Positions 41,837 to 55,134 of a DNA stretch of 64,000 bases are shown here, in pieces. Every line of letters starts with the position of its first letter. The first letter of the stretch is position 1. The stretch comes from Octopus vulgaris (lineage: Eukaryota). The notes below the pieces were generated by a model, which ran no database searches, had not been told where the DNA came from, and saw only the letters and a list, made by a program, of their open reading frames with translations. The stretch is taken from assembly GCA_951406725.2 (NCBI GenBank), contig OX597830.1, positions 1,736,001 through 1,800,000 of the forward strand. The letters run 5' to 3'. The translations under genes and the position numbers were made by a program.

Positions 41837-42045
41837 AAAAATATGGATACAAGAAATCACGTCTTTAATTGTTGACTTCACTATACAATGCCGCTGACGA
41901 TCGTTTCAGTTGTATCGACATACTTAGATTTATTAATTTGAAGGCAATTTTTTTGTATCTAGATATGTCGATACAACAGAAATGAACATTGGCATTGTAT
42001 TGGGAATTCAACAATTAAAGATGGGATTTTCTCTATCCAGATTTT
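41837..42045. repeat. Diverged inverted repeat (arms about 90 bp) containing a decayed HHR 3' half
   Basis: TGGATACAAGAAATCAC.TCTTTAATTGTTGA...GTTGTATCGACATA vs TATGTCGATACAAC...TCAACAATTAAAGATGGGATTTTCTCTATCCA. The minus strand of the left arm reads GAAAC-GATC-GTC (41896-41907). Confidence 0.8.
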
Positions 42046-42655
42046 AAATAATCAGTGATTATTTATAGAATGACAATGATCTTTTGTCGATAACAGAAAC
42101 AATGTTTTTGTAATTACACAATGTTGTTTAAATAATGAATCTTGCCATTATTTGTGTCACTAAAAAAAGAGCCGACATTCAACCTCTATTTACACATGAT
42201 CCACAATGTATTCATACTGGCTCGGTCTTCCACCACTACGTAAATGCCTTAAATTTAGACACCTCTCTGGATCAAATGTGACCTGGGGGATGAAAAAAGT
42301 ACTTCAGCTGGTTGGATGGAGTTTTCTCAGATACATGTCTGTTAGATTTTAATAATGGAATTTGGGGAATTTGATGAGTTATAAATCTCAACAAAATGCT
42401 TTGTATCCTTCAGATTTATTTCAAGAGCTTGAAATGTGGAAAAAATGGATACAAACATGGCTGTGTGATGGCTAAGGTACACACTGTGTCATGGACTTCA
42501 TGGGAGCATGCATGAAATCGTTGCAATTGTGAAGTTTTAGGTTCAAATTTACATTGTGATGTTGTATAGAAACATCGTCTGTCATCATCTTGGGTCAACA
42601 AAAGCTTTCTAAAGGAAATTTAGTAGACAGAAATTGTATGATAGACAATTGTATG

Positions 42656-43064
42656 AAGGCGACGAGCTGGCAGAAATGTTAGCACGCCGGGCGAAATGCG
42701 TAGCCGTATTTCGTCTGCCGTTACGTTCTGAGTTCAAATTCCGCCGAGGTCGACTTTGCCTTTCATCCTTTCGGGGTCGATTAAATAAATACCAGTTACG
42801 CACTGGAGTCGATCTAATCGACTTAATCCGTTTGTCTGTTCTTGTTTGTCCCCTCTATCTGTAGCCCCTTATGGGCAGTAAAGAAATAGGCATTTCGTCT
42901 GTCTTTACATTCTGAGTTCAAATCTCGCCGAGGTCGACTTTGCCTTTCATCCTTTCTTCGAGGTCGATAAATTAAGTACCAGTTACGCACTGGGGTCGAT
43001 GTAATCGACTTAATCCCTCTGTTTCTCCCCTCTATGTTTATCCCCTTGTGGGCAATAAGAAATA
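42656..43064 (+). mobile_element. SINE family A, dimeric (full unit plus headless second unit), single TSD
   Basis: Two tandem bodies; 20-bp TSD AGAAATTGTA(T/C)GATAGACAA at 42629-42648 and 43065-43084. Confidence 0.92.
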
Positions 43065-45565
43065 AGAAATTGTACGATAGACAACCAGAAAAAAATCATT
43101 GAATTTTCCTGGTGGTAGATTTAATGTATTGTCAGATATTACAGCTTTAACCTCATCTCCTGGTCCTCATGTGACTTTTTCAGGGCCCACTCTGCTCAAA
43201 CTATTAGACCAGATATTTGATCTGAGAATAACTTACCTCTTCCAAACCACAAGTCTCAAAGACCTTATAAAAGAGGAAGAGCCCTTCCTCTTCTAGTTAA
43301 ACCATGAAAGTACCAATCTAAACATATATTTATATACAATAACTAAATGTTTCAATCTATATAGTAAGGGATGGGGTGAAATTTTAAAACAGTTCACAGA
43401 AACAAAGTTTTAATGTGGTAAATATCGATGATGTAATTTTACTGCCAACTTCCTTATCAATTTCAGTATGCTGTAATTCCACCAGATGCATGTTGCCTGG
43501 ATTAATCGTACAAGGCATTTAAGAACCATTAATATAACCTCTACTTTATCTCAGCACAGTTTTAAATCAAGAGATAAACCTTCCCTGTCCATTTCCAAAT
43601 AACATCGCATTTATCACGTTCATCTTTTCGTATTCTCAAAACTGTACAAGCGGTGTCATTGATAGATAGAAAATAAATCTGTGGTCAATATGAGGAATAT
43701 AAAAATATCAGAATCCTCTTCAGCTACAAGTTTATGCTTGTGAAAATAGCCCTTCGTGTATACTTTGAATATTTTATATCTGATGTTTCATTTCAGCCTG
43801 GATTTGATGTTTCAAATAATTGTGAATAGGCATGGGTGGAGAACAGATTATATAGCTGGGTTTATTTACTATAATTCATCTCCCACTTTCTTACTCTATT
43901 TATCTCATTCTCTCTTTCATTCATTCATGCTCACATAGAAACAGACACACACACATAATGCATAAACAGATTTACAACTTCTACATTTCCAGAAAATTAT
44001 TGAAGATTTAATATATACATTTAAGTGTAAAATGTAGATTAAGTTATCGCACAAAGTGAAACATTATATATACATACATACATACATATATATATATACA
44101 TTTGCACACACACACAAACATGCATATATATACCTACACACAAGCACACATGTACATACACACACATACAGTTATGATCAACACATGTAAATATATTGCT
44201 ACGCGTAGTTCTAGCAGATGAATTAAAATTGCAAATGTCAAAGAATTATTTCTTGTCCAAACAGACTTTCCAATGCTAGATATCACAATTCCATCTACCC
44301 TTCACGTCAGTAATAAAATTCTTTACTGATATCTCTGCAATTTGCTGCAAGAATATCTCAGATTCTTCAAAGTTAATGAGTTCTTCGTTTGTTTTATCCT
44401 TGTAGAGTATTTCATCATAAAACCATTAAATACCTTCATTTTGATGTTTACAGCAGAAATATTCAAGAATCGAAGAAATATTCCCAGAGTCCTGTGCAAG
44501 TGCCATTATGACTTTATGGTTCATCTTACAAGGATTTACCATTTTGTATAGTTTATTTTTGTTTACTGTTGTTGTTCTTTATTGATGTCACTTCTCATAT
44601 TCTTGCATTTGATAACATCACTTTATTTGACTAGCTTTGAGGATTATTATCGGTATCAACATTATCATTATCCTCATTATCATCAATACAACCACCACTA
44701 CCACCATCACCACCACTTCCATCATCACCATCGCTACCACCATCGTCACCAACATCATCTTAACTGTTTCAACATTCTAAACCCATGAAGTACCAGATTC
44801 CGTCAGTATTTGTAAACAATTCTTCCAAAACACAAAGCTAAAATACATTCGATGCAAGCTGCTTCCAGTTTGTCTTTTAATCTGATCCAAAACCTATTTG
44901 TGTTGCATAAATACCATTTTTATTAATATTTTATTAATAACCATGCAGGATTATTTGACTGTATTTTTCTTATAAATATAAAATTTAACTCCTTTCTCTG
45001 GTGATCTTCTCTGAAGAATTCTACAACTATGGATAAAGAATTAGCAGCAATGATAAAATGGCCAGCAGAGTACCTTGCTGTATTCTACTATTTCTCCTTA
45101 AGGGTTCTGAAATTTTCCAGGGTTCATTGTCTTTTTATGCAACCTTTTATAATTTTGAATCAACTTTCTGTTTTAGGAGTTCATAAAATAAAGTACCAGT
45201 TACATAATGGGTTTGATTTAATCCTCTATAACGATCCACAGAATATGAGGTTGATGGCTTCTGTGAGAGGTCAAATTCGAAAAGGATTTTGTTTGGCAGA
45301 ATTAGAAGTGTAATGTACAAAAGTCCTTATGTCACATGCGTGCACACACACACGTACACACACACGCACACACATAAACACATACACACACACACACACA
45401 AGTAAAGGCATGGTTGTATAGTTAACAAATTTGCTCTTTGCAATCATATGGTTTCAAGTTCAATCCTAGTGTATGGCAGCCTGGGTAAGTATTTTCCCCT
45501 GTGGCCTTGAATCAATGCATTGTAGGAAGCATTTGTACTTGGATATAGTATACACACATTTCGTA

Positions 45566-45787
45566 TTTTTTATTTGTTTTATTCATTAGATTGCGACCAT
45601 GCTGGGGCAGCACCTCAAGGATTTTTTGTTGAATGAATCAACCGTGTACTTATTATTTTTTAAAGACTGGTACATATTCTTTCTTTGCTGAACTGCTAGG
45701 TTACAGAAACATAAACACACTAACAGCTGTTGTCAAGTGGGCTCTGGTGATTGTGGAACAAATTCACGCACAAAGACATTTATACAT

Positions 45788-45790
<3 letters not shown>
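45566..45790 (-). mobile_element. SINE family C 3' half (diverged)
   Basis: TTGCGACCATGCTGGGGCAGCACC...TTTGCTGAACTGCTAGGTTAC...TAAACACAC...GTTGTCAAG, matching the 35888 tail. Confidence 0.75.
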
Positions 45791-45865
<75 letters not shown>

Positions 45866-45883
45866 GATATTATAATATATATA

Positions 45884-46486
45884 GGCAGTGACGAAAGACC
45901 AAGACCTCTGGAGATATTCTGTGACTGCGAAGACGTGAGTTCATGGCTGTTTCCTGCACATAGCAGCCCCAGCCCATCCACAGTACCTTGGATCGCAGGA
46001 CGGCCTGCTGTGCTTACCTTGGATCGTAGGGCAACCTGCAGTGCTTGAGGTGACCTATTGAGTCAAGTACATCAACATCATAATATATGTCAAATGGAAA
46101 TTGTAGTTGTCTAATATATGTCAAATGGAAATTGTAGTTGTCTAATATATGTCAAATGGAAATTGTAGTTGTCATACCCGTGCCGGTGACATGTAAAAAG
46201 CACCATCCGAACGTGGCCGATGCCAGCCTTGACTGGTTTTCATGCCGGTGGCACGTGAAAGCACCAACCGATCGTAGCTGTTGCCAGCCTCCTCTGGCCC
46301 CTGTGCCGGTGGCATGTAAAAAGCACCCACTACACTCACGGAGTGGTTGGTGTTAGGAAGGGCATCCAGTTGTAGAAACACTGCCAGATCAGACTGGAGC
46401 CTGGTGCAACCTCCTGGCTTCCCAGGCCCTGGTCAAACCGTCTAACCCATGCTAGCATGGAAAACGGACGTTAAACGATGATGATG
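45884..46486 (+). mobile_element. RTE-type LINE 3' end with ORF C-terminus and 3' UTR, inserted in (TA)n
   Basis: 45885 translates AVTKDQDLWRYSVTAKT* (RTE C-terminal DR..WR-like motif); 3 GCCGGTG(G/A)CA(C/T)GT.AAAGCACC units; (GAT)n tail. Confidence 0.85.
46081..46173 (+). repeat. Perfect 31-bp tandem repeat x3 inside the RTE 3' UTR
   Basis: TAATATATGTCAAATGGAAATTGTAGTTGTC three times. Confidence 0.97.
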
Positions 46487-46524
46487 TATATATATTATGC
46501 ATATATATATATATATATATATTA

Positions 46525-46637
<113 letters not shown>

Positions 46638-46703
46638 CAGAAAATGTAAATGGAGATTGAGAAGTTAATAATTGTTTATTATTAACAACAAATCAGTCAC
46701 CAT

Positions 46704-46785
46704 CCATTACAGCTGTTTCAATTAATACTCAGTGAATTAATTAAATATTAAATTCATATGACCTCAGCATAATATCTTCAGAGGG
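46704..46785 (-). ncRNA. Type I hammerhead ribozyme motif, long stem II
   Basis: Minus: CCCT-CTGAAGA-T-ATTATGCT...AGTATTAAT-T-GAAAC-AGCT-GTA-ATGG; palindromic ACAGCTGT stem III; intact core. Confidence 0.82.
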
Positions 46786-46936
46786 AAAAAATATACCCTT
46801 GGATGTTTTATAGATATATATGTGCATTTATGGATTCATTATAGCAGACTGAATGACCTCACAAAATATTAAGTACTGAACCAGTATTTTCTTGGCTGAA
46901 AGCATACCTTCATGAGGCTAATACAACCTCTAATCG

Positions 46937-46982
<46 letters not shown>

Positions 46983-47015
46983 CACACACACATGTATACA
47001 CATATATATCGATAT

Positions 47016-47199
47016 CTTCTTTCAGTTTCCATCTAGCAAATCCACTCACAATGCTTTGGTTAGATGAAGACCAGAGTAGAAGACACTTCTACTCTAGTCT
47101 TGGACTAATCAAACTTACCTGCAGTGCCACACAGTGGGACTGGTCCCAGAACCATGTGGTAGGGAAGCAAACTTCTTACCACAAAGCCACACTTGCACC
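47016..47199 (-). mobile_element. SINE family C 5' half (tRNA/CORE head)
   Basis: CTTCTTTCAGTTTCCATCTA.CAAATCCACTCACAA...GTGCCACACAGTGGGACTG...CTTACCACAAAGCCAC. Confidence 0.8.
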
Positions 47200-47309
47200 A
47201 ACATATATACATTCAAACATACAAATATATGAGAGCATTTGGTAGAAGGGAATTGAAAGAAACCCATCCTGTGTGTGTATTTATGTGTGTGTGTGTGTAT
47301 TATATGTAT

Positions 47310-47427
47310 GACTCTGTGGTTAGAACAGCAGACTTATAATCATGAGATAGTGAGTTCGATTCCTGGACTTGGGTGTGTGTTGTGCTCTTGAGCAAGACAC
47401 TTTATTTCATTTTGCTCCAGTTCACTC
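47310..47427 (+). mobile_element. SINE family B-related head fragment
   Basis: GTGGTTAGAACAGCAGACT...GAGTTCGATTCCTGGAC...CTTGAGCAAGACACTTTAT. Confidence 0.7.
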
Positions 47428-49992
47428 GTGTTTGTGTGTATTGCACTGTTTGTACCTGCATCTTTTCTTTTTGTTCCTTCTCTTTTTAGTCATCGTTTTG
47501 TGTGCTGTGGTGGTATCGGGTGTTATTCCATTCATGTTTTCTATTAAGGCTCAGTCTATCTTCTATTACTCTCTGTGTGACCTCTGTAATCTAAGTGACA
47601 TATCAGTTCTATGTGTAGATAATATCTTAATCTCTGTGTTCTACTTGAGCATGTTAGTAGAGCACTGGTGAGCTTTTCTCTCTTTTGAACTCTCATCAGT
47701 GATCGCCTATTCATGCTCCTATGCTGAATACTATCTCTCCAGTGTAAGTTGTTTTTGCTTCTGTGCTGTCCCTCAGTACACCATAAGCTATAGACTAATC
47801 TTACACTTAACCTGTATGATGTAGGATGAACCCAAAGGTTCACTGTAAATATTATTTAAATGTCGTGTTAAATTAGATGGATTGTGAAATACACAACAGC
47901 CATGAATGTTACATCTTCAAGCAAAGAACCTCAATCTTTAGTCGAGTGCTAAAAGAATAAATAAGATGGCCTCTGCATGGTTATTTCATGACTGAAAAAA
48001 GAAGCTAAAGTCATTCTTACGTTTCACACTTTTATCATAAAGAAAAGACAAAGGACATACGAGAAAAAATATTTTTGATACAGAACATCATCAGATGTTC
48101 ACAATCTCTTTGTTGAAAACTGTCATACAGCTAAGCACTTAAAACAATATCGAATGTGAACCAGTTCTTCTTTCCTTAGAGTTCCAGCCTGTCCATACAT
48201 GCAACCACATGCAACCAATTAAAGAATGCAAATATATAGTAAACACAAATATTGATTTACTTTGAGGAAATCCCAGGCAAAGAATTATAAAGTTTTTTTC
48301 AGTTTAATCATAGATAGAAGCAGTAATTATAGAAGTAGGCATTACATTTCGAAATGGACTGCAGTCTTTTCTAGTATTAATATTTTCCCTTTGTTAAATA
48401 ATTTTGTTTGCTCTATTGCTCTATATGTAGAAGATATTTAAAGGTTTATCACTTAAATCCCCGAGTGAGTTGTGTTAGTATGGTGGACAACAAAGAACAG
48501 GATATTTCCTCAGTCAAACAATACAATTTCTCAATTTAAGGAATTTATATTTATTTCATGAAATGTTTCTACTCACTGCTTGATAAAATAGAGAAAGACA
48601 AATGTAAAAGAGATTAAAAAACTGACAGTAAAATATAAGAGAGAAAACCCATTGAACACACAGTTGGATTATTTTGTGCTGTGCCATTGCAAAAGTGATA
48701 TTTGTGGAAGAGAAATTACCATAAAACCTACAATCAGTTGAAGTATTCTCTGATAGAGCTGGCTCAAAAGCCTTCATCATGTTTGTTTGACGGCAATCGA
48801 GAACAAAGGCAGATAGCAAAACAGTAAAGTGGTCTTTAATAATCAATAAGCCACGTCTGTGCCAATATACAATTATTTATCAGGTTCCATTACTCCAAAC
48901 AACTTCTCTATATTCTAACGGAGTGGATGTATTTAGAGATAACAACCATTCATAACACTACTCACTTTATTCCGGCTATTAATGATTTAAAGCAAACAAA
49001 ATTAAGTTGCTTAATTAACAGATCTCTCTCTCTCTCACTCTCTCTCTTTCTATCTATCTATTTCTATCTACTTATCTTTGCCCCCTCACCCTTCCATCAA
49101 CGAATTCCTCCTCTCCTTCCACACACCCACAGCTACACACCAAATATGTATCTAGTTTTTCTTCCTCTCTCTCTTTTATTCTCCATCATAAAAATGGTTA
49201 AGTAGAACACTACAGCCTCTTCCTGGAAAGCAGCATCCATTCACACCGACCTATTCCTATAAATGGAAATTTATTGTTTCAAACAATATAGTACCATATA
49301 AGGCAGGACTGAGAATTAATTTTCTATGATTCCATTAGTAAAAATGATGCTTGACACTGGCCTTACTCCCAGCTTTCTGCTTTTCTAAATGTAAATTATT
49401 GCAACAGTTTTATGTATCAATTCATTTTGCATCCATTCACATCGGCCATTTTTTGATCGCAGCATTTACAAAACTCTGTCTCTCGTCAACATTCTTCAAT
49501 ACAACTGCGAAAGCATTTATCAATTCATACATTGTGTAGTTGCATGAGGGTGTATTTATGTACATGTAGCATGTGTGTTTATGTGCATGTATTTATGTGT
49601 ACATGTATGTATTCATATGTGATATGTGCATATGCATGTTGTGTGCATGTATGTAGCATGTGCATGCATTTGTATGAATCTAAGTGCATTCTTGCATGTG
49701 TGGCTAGATCTGTCTTTAGTTAAGTGAGCATCAAATAATCATTCCAGATGAAAACTATATAAATAATTGTTGTTTTTGCTGTTCAAATATAAAAGAATGT
49801 GTACATATATATATATATAAATGGATGAATGAATTATCCTTTGTTTACCGCTAACATGGAAAATTCAATAAACAGTTATATTTACTTATATATATATATA
49901 TATATATTATTAATAATAATAATAATAATATGACAACAAAAGAATGAATGAGACCTCGATATTATGTACAATAGAGGAATTTTTCTATAAAT

Positions 49993-50225
49993 ATATGTGA
50001 CAATTAGTTAGTTGTTATAATAAAACTCAGAGTTTCAGATGCTGGGCCTGAAGTCTGCTCTGGCATCTCATCAGTTATTAAGACAAACAAAAATGCTAGA
50101 TTCAACGTTTTTTTCTTCATAGCATTTTTGTTAGTCTTAATAACTGATGAGATGCCAGAGCAGACTTCAGGCCCAGCATCTGAAACTCTGAGTTTTATTA
50201 TAACAACTAACTAATTGTCACATAT
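49993..50225. repeat. Near-perfect inverted repeat, 106-bp arms (49993-50098 / 50120-50225), 21-nt loop, flanked by microsatellites
   Basis: Arms differ at one position by eye. Confidence 0.97.
50138..50200 (+). ncRNA. Type I hammerhead ribozyme motif (mirror copy on minus strand at about 50018-50080)
   Basis: TAATAA-CTGATGA-GATGC...GCATC-T-GAAAC-TCTGA-GTT-TTATTA: 6-bp stem I, 5-bp stem II, quasi-palindromic stem III ACTC/GAGT. Confidence 0.85.
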
Positions 50226-52970
50226 TATATTTATATATATATGTCTATATACAAACACATGCGTGTGTGTGTGCATGCATTTATACTTATATAATACAGA
50301 AGTATGTATTTGGTAAATTAGCTTCAAGCTGGAAGGAAGGAAGAAGTTTGGGAATATCTTCAATTTTGTTGGTTTTGTCTTTCCTCGGTAAAAAGATGAA
50401 AGAAAATCAAGTAAAAGAAAATAAACAAAAGCAATGTGGACTAGGATCAAGTCTGTTGGATTATTCTTTTGGGGATTATACACACACTCATATATATATA
50501 TATAAACACACACCCATACACAACAAGAGTGAGTGTGTGTATGAAATGCTTCTGAACGGTTTCCATCTATCAAGCACCACTTTCATCATATCAATGAAAT
50601 GAAGAATTATCAGGTAGAAAACTCTTGCCAAAGGAAATCAACCCAATATGACATGGTAGGGGAATGAGCTTGTTAACCACACAGCCATATCAAGGGAGAC
50701 ACTGCATAGAGCTAATAATTATCTAATTCAAACATCATATCAGTAATGATCTCTTGTGTTATTATTACTTTCTGGTGTGATTTCATAAGTGAATGATGTA
50801 TACAATGACTCCTGTGGAATTACACAGATACTTTAACAACACCAGTCTGAGCACAGGGGACACATGTTTAAAGGCTCAAATCTGATCTATGTGTGGGGTG
50901 GCATTCTATCAATAAATTAATGCTAAAAGGCCCAGGACATTGACTTGCTCAGGAGCCTATGAGACAGCCCCAGCTTCAGTCACTATCACTCGGGCCAGGG
51001 ATTGTACCATCTTTTTTCTCCTGGATTATGTAACATCTGCCACATTATCATTAATGTATCTTGTGCCTTTTTAATGATGTCATGATGGGAAATGAAGACG
51101 ATTTGGCTGCTATTTCAAGGAAGTTCAATGACTAGTTAATGGTATCCAATATAAGCTAGATTTATTACCTACATAGTATGGAGACAAACAATCGAATATA
51201 TCTAGAATATATCCTTTCCAGATATTTCAGTTCCATTGTATTCTATTCAGTCATATATGATCTACTGCTGAATGAAAGACTCAACATACCATTACTGACT
51301 TGCCTATCCAATCTCCACTCTGTATTTTACCAATATAGCAAAATACAGATTGGAAACAGAGTGGAATGTTCCCATAACTGGCTTAAACCCTGCTCCTTAT
51401 TTAGTACAGACACTAAGACAGGAGAGGATATCTATTGGGACCACTAAAATTACTTAGTATGCAAATTACAATGCTCATTGATTAGCTGGCAATTAACAGC
51501 ATATAGAACATTACAAGAGAATACAGGACACAGCTATTAAAGAGTTTGTATGAGATTTCTGCTTGGGTGAGTATCAATTATATCTCTCATTCATTGTTTT
51601 TATATCTGGATGACATTTAAATCACCAAATTGTTCTGGATTGCTAAGTGTGAATGTAATTGACCTTGACGTTCAGGTTACAGTTTGATGAAATTGGAAAG
51701 CAGCTCTTCTTCAAATTATTTCTACTTTGTAGCTAGAATCACTGAAGACCATGCATAGGAGTTTGTGCTCTGCATTGAATCCTTAATCTCTAAAATCTAA
51801 GACATTGATAAACTTCTTCTGCTATAAATTTTCCCTCAGTTGGTCCAATGAAATATTTACATTAATGATCAAAGCTGCTGGTTTTTTTTTTTACTTCACA
51901 TGACTTTATGCTCCAAGTTTTTGTGCTAAAACTGACTGGTTTAATAATATTTGGCTTGCTTTAGTAACATAACAATTGATGTTGTTAGTTTTGTGACAAA
52001 ATAACAAATCATTAATTAATGATATTTCTTATTAATTAATACCTCAAATGTTCCAAGAAGGAACAGTAAGTGTTAAAACAGTCAAATTTCAGCTGAAACT
52101 GTTATCTTTAATTTCTGTACAGTACTTTGGCATAAATAGGTGTATATATGTATTCCCAAATTTAGAGTTGATGGAGCAAACTTAGTGATATGTTTGAAAT
52201 TAAATTTTGGAATGTCTCCAAGAATAAGTTTAACTGGTGAAATAGCAGAATGTATGTTGACCAATTTAATGAACAGTGTTCTAGCCATATCCATTTTGGC
52301 TTTGTATTTCAAGAGCTACATCATCAATGTAGATTTAGTTGCTATTTCTAGCAAATCGAATGACTGTACAGGAGCTCATACACTGATTCATAGGACCCTT
52401 GGGATTTCCTGGGGAATGAGCTCCTTTCCTCTTGCTTCACTACAGAGAATGTAAACTAATTTTCTGTTCAGTCATCATGCTGGGGCAGATTAGAAGAAAA
52501 AAAACGAAAGCTGGAAAAGTGGTTAATAAAGTTGAACAGAGATGTGGGCCTTGATAAGGGTTAGAAAACAATGATGGAAGTAAGAAGTGCACTTACAACC
52601 ATTTCGTTGGAAGTTCAACAGCTTAACCTTTAGAATGATTGGAATTTAAAATTTGAGATTCCATGAGACTTTGTACCCATCCCTCTGCCACTGATCTTCA
52701 ACATTATTAAATATTTAATCAGCACATTAATTAATTTAAAAAAAATTTTCTGCTTACATCAGCAAAGCTGAATTCACCAATAAAAATAACATTTATCTTC
52801 AAAAATTAAAATTTGATTAATCTAATGGTTTTCAGTAAAATTAGCAGTTTTCTGTAAAAGTGACTTCAAAATGAATTTCTTTGGAATCTTTTTCAAAAAT
52901 CATATTAAACATAATGAACTTTCAACCAATTTTACACACATTCACAAATATATAGAAACATACATACATA

Positions 52971-53017
<47 letters not shown>

Positions 53018-54677
53018 CATATACATACACACACATATATATTACTTCAAATATGTCATGTATTTCAGCAAAAGAATCCTCAAGTAGAATATATATAAAA
53101 AATCTTGCACAACAAATATATAAACGTAAAAATATATATAATTATACACACACACCCACACACACATATAATGAATCTGGTACCAGTAAAGAATAGCATA
53201 AAATTATTGGAAGAATAAATGGTATCCTTCAAGTGGCCATTACACAAAAGGAAGATCAACCAGCATTAAGAATACCACAAAGAATACAAGAGCAAAATAT
53301 TCTTCTCCCTTGTTCTGATATTTCTGAGATCTTAGAATCAAAGGGATTCCAAATTACCATTTAGGTTAGAGATGAATTTGTAAACAAAAAGAAAAAGGAA
53401 GGGGATGAAACAAATAATAAAAAAAGGGCTCCCTTCCCTTCCAAACTAAATGTTGTTTTTAAAAAAGAATTTGAGTGGAATAGCTTCAAAAATGTGTAAC
53501 TCTAGAATTTAATAGCAGTACCAGAAATGCCGTTAACTGCGACCCTTTGCCAAAGCTGTTTTATTGATTAACTGGTAGAAAATTTGTGTCTTTTGAAGTA
53601 GAGACTTTAGCTATTGTATACTGACATCCGTAAGCTTTAATTAAACACTTCCAGAAATTCTCAAATAATTTTTAATTGGAAGTCATATATAAATAGCTTA
53701 TAAAGATTATTAAATGTTGATAGCAATTAAACTTCATTCCAGTTATTGTGGGAAGTGAAACTGAAATCGTACAAGTCTAACATCTGTGGTTTATTCCATT
53801 CTCTAATTAATAATTTCTTTGTTTGAAACAAGAAACTCATTGACCAAAGACGGTTGTTAGTATTGACTGTGTACACACACACACATATTGTTGTATGTGT
53901 GAACAGGTATATGAGTGTGTAGTGGGATATATATATATATATGTGTGTGTATGTATGTGAGTGTGTAAGTATGTATATGTGTTGTTTTAAATGTAAATTA
54001 TGGGAGAGGGAAAGAGGAGTAGAACAAGAGGAAAAACAGTGAAAGAGGGAAAAAATATTCAAAGATACATTATGGTAATTAAGTATAAACTTGGTGCAGC
54101 AGGTTCGATCCCAGAAACTATTTCGAACATTTTTCTTTTTTCTTTTTAATTTGTTTTATGTCCATTTAGATATTTTTACATGAAGAAGTTTTTTCTATGA
54201 AAGAAATGAGAAATGGTCCTTTTTCCCTTTTATCTCTACTTTTTCATGTTTTCATCTTTTTTTAAGGGTTGTCATAACTTTTCCAATTGCTTCTCATCCT
54301 TTTGGAATTGATAATGATAATATCATTCCAGGATAGAGCAACTTTAGTTACCATTTCCACAAGAATAACCGGCTAAGTAAAACTCAGTATAATTTGGTCT
54401 CCAAATGCAAGAAGACTGGAAGATTAACTGCAAAAAAGTTCCAAGAATGCTTGGAATTTTCCTCCCTCCTACACCATAATATTAAACATTTGTTTTACAA
54501 GTCACTCAATATGATATATTTGTTTTCAAATATTAATTGTTGTTCCACCTATAATTAACTGATGAAGTAATCATTTGATAGTTAGATAAAGTTTTTCATT
54601 CTACTGCTGTGACTGTTTCACTGACTTTTTCTTGATCACATTAGCTCAGTCGAATACAGATGGATCCTTTTATGCAT

Positions 54678-54713
<36 letters not shown>

Positions 54714-54715
<2 letters not shown>

Positions 54716-54758
54716 CCTGATGATTTCATTTGAATGAAACAGTTCTAGTCCTGTAGAA
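54714..54758 (+). ncRNA. Type I hammerhead ribozyme motif standing almost alone inside a (TA)n tract
   Basis: TTC-CTGATGA-T-TTC-attt-GAA-T-GAAACAG-ttctagtc-CTGTA-GAA; (TA)n at about 54680-54712 and 54777-54804. Confidence 0.82.
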
Positions 54759-54772
54759 GCTCCTTCTATAAA

Positions 54773-54814
<42 letters not shown>

Positions 54815-54874
54815 ACACACACACATATATACACACACACACATATACACACACACTTATGTGTATATACATGT

Positions 54875-54975
54875 GGTCTCTTTTTCCAAATTGCTAAGTT
54901 ACAAGGATGTAAACACATCAACACTAGTTATCGAGTGATGGTGGGGTGGGGGTGGGGGACAAACACAAACACACA

Positions 54976-55020
<45 letters not shown>

Positions 55021-55134
55021 GCTTCTTTCAGTTTCCATCAGCCAAGTCCACTCACAAGGCTTTGGTTGACCCGTGGCTATAGTAGAAAACACTGGCCGAA
55101 GCAAGCTTCTTACCACACAGCTACACCTGCACCT
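54875..55134 (-). mobile_element. SINE family C, truncated and internally deleted
   Basis: Homologous to 35888-36352, including the internal (TA)n. Confidence 0.85.

Noticed and set aside
44582-44788. His-rich ORF with a hydrophobic N-terminus
   Set aside because: The His run is a degenerate (CAT/CAC)n microsatellite, the start is TTG, and there is no other support.
46081-46173. 31-bp repeats as a CRISPR array
   Set aside because: Head-to-tail with no spacers, inside a eukaryotic LINE 3' UTR.
47660-47705. Minus CTGATGAGAG...CTC
   Set aside because: No GAAA or NUH in the right place; not a hammerhead.
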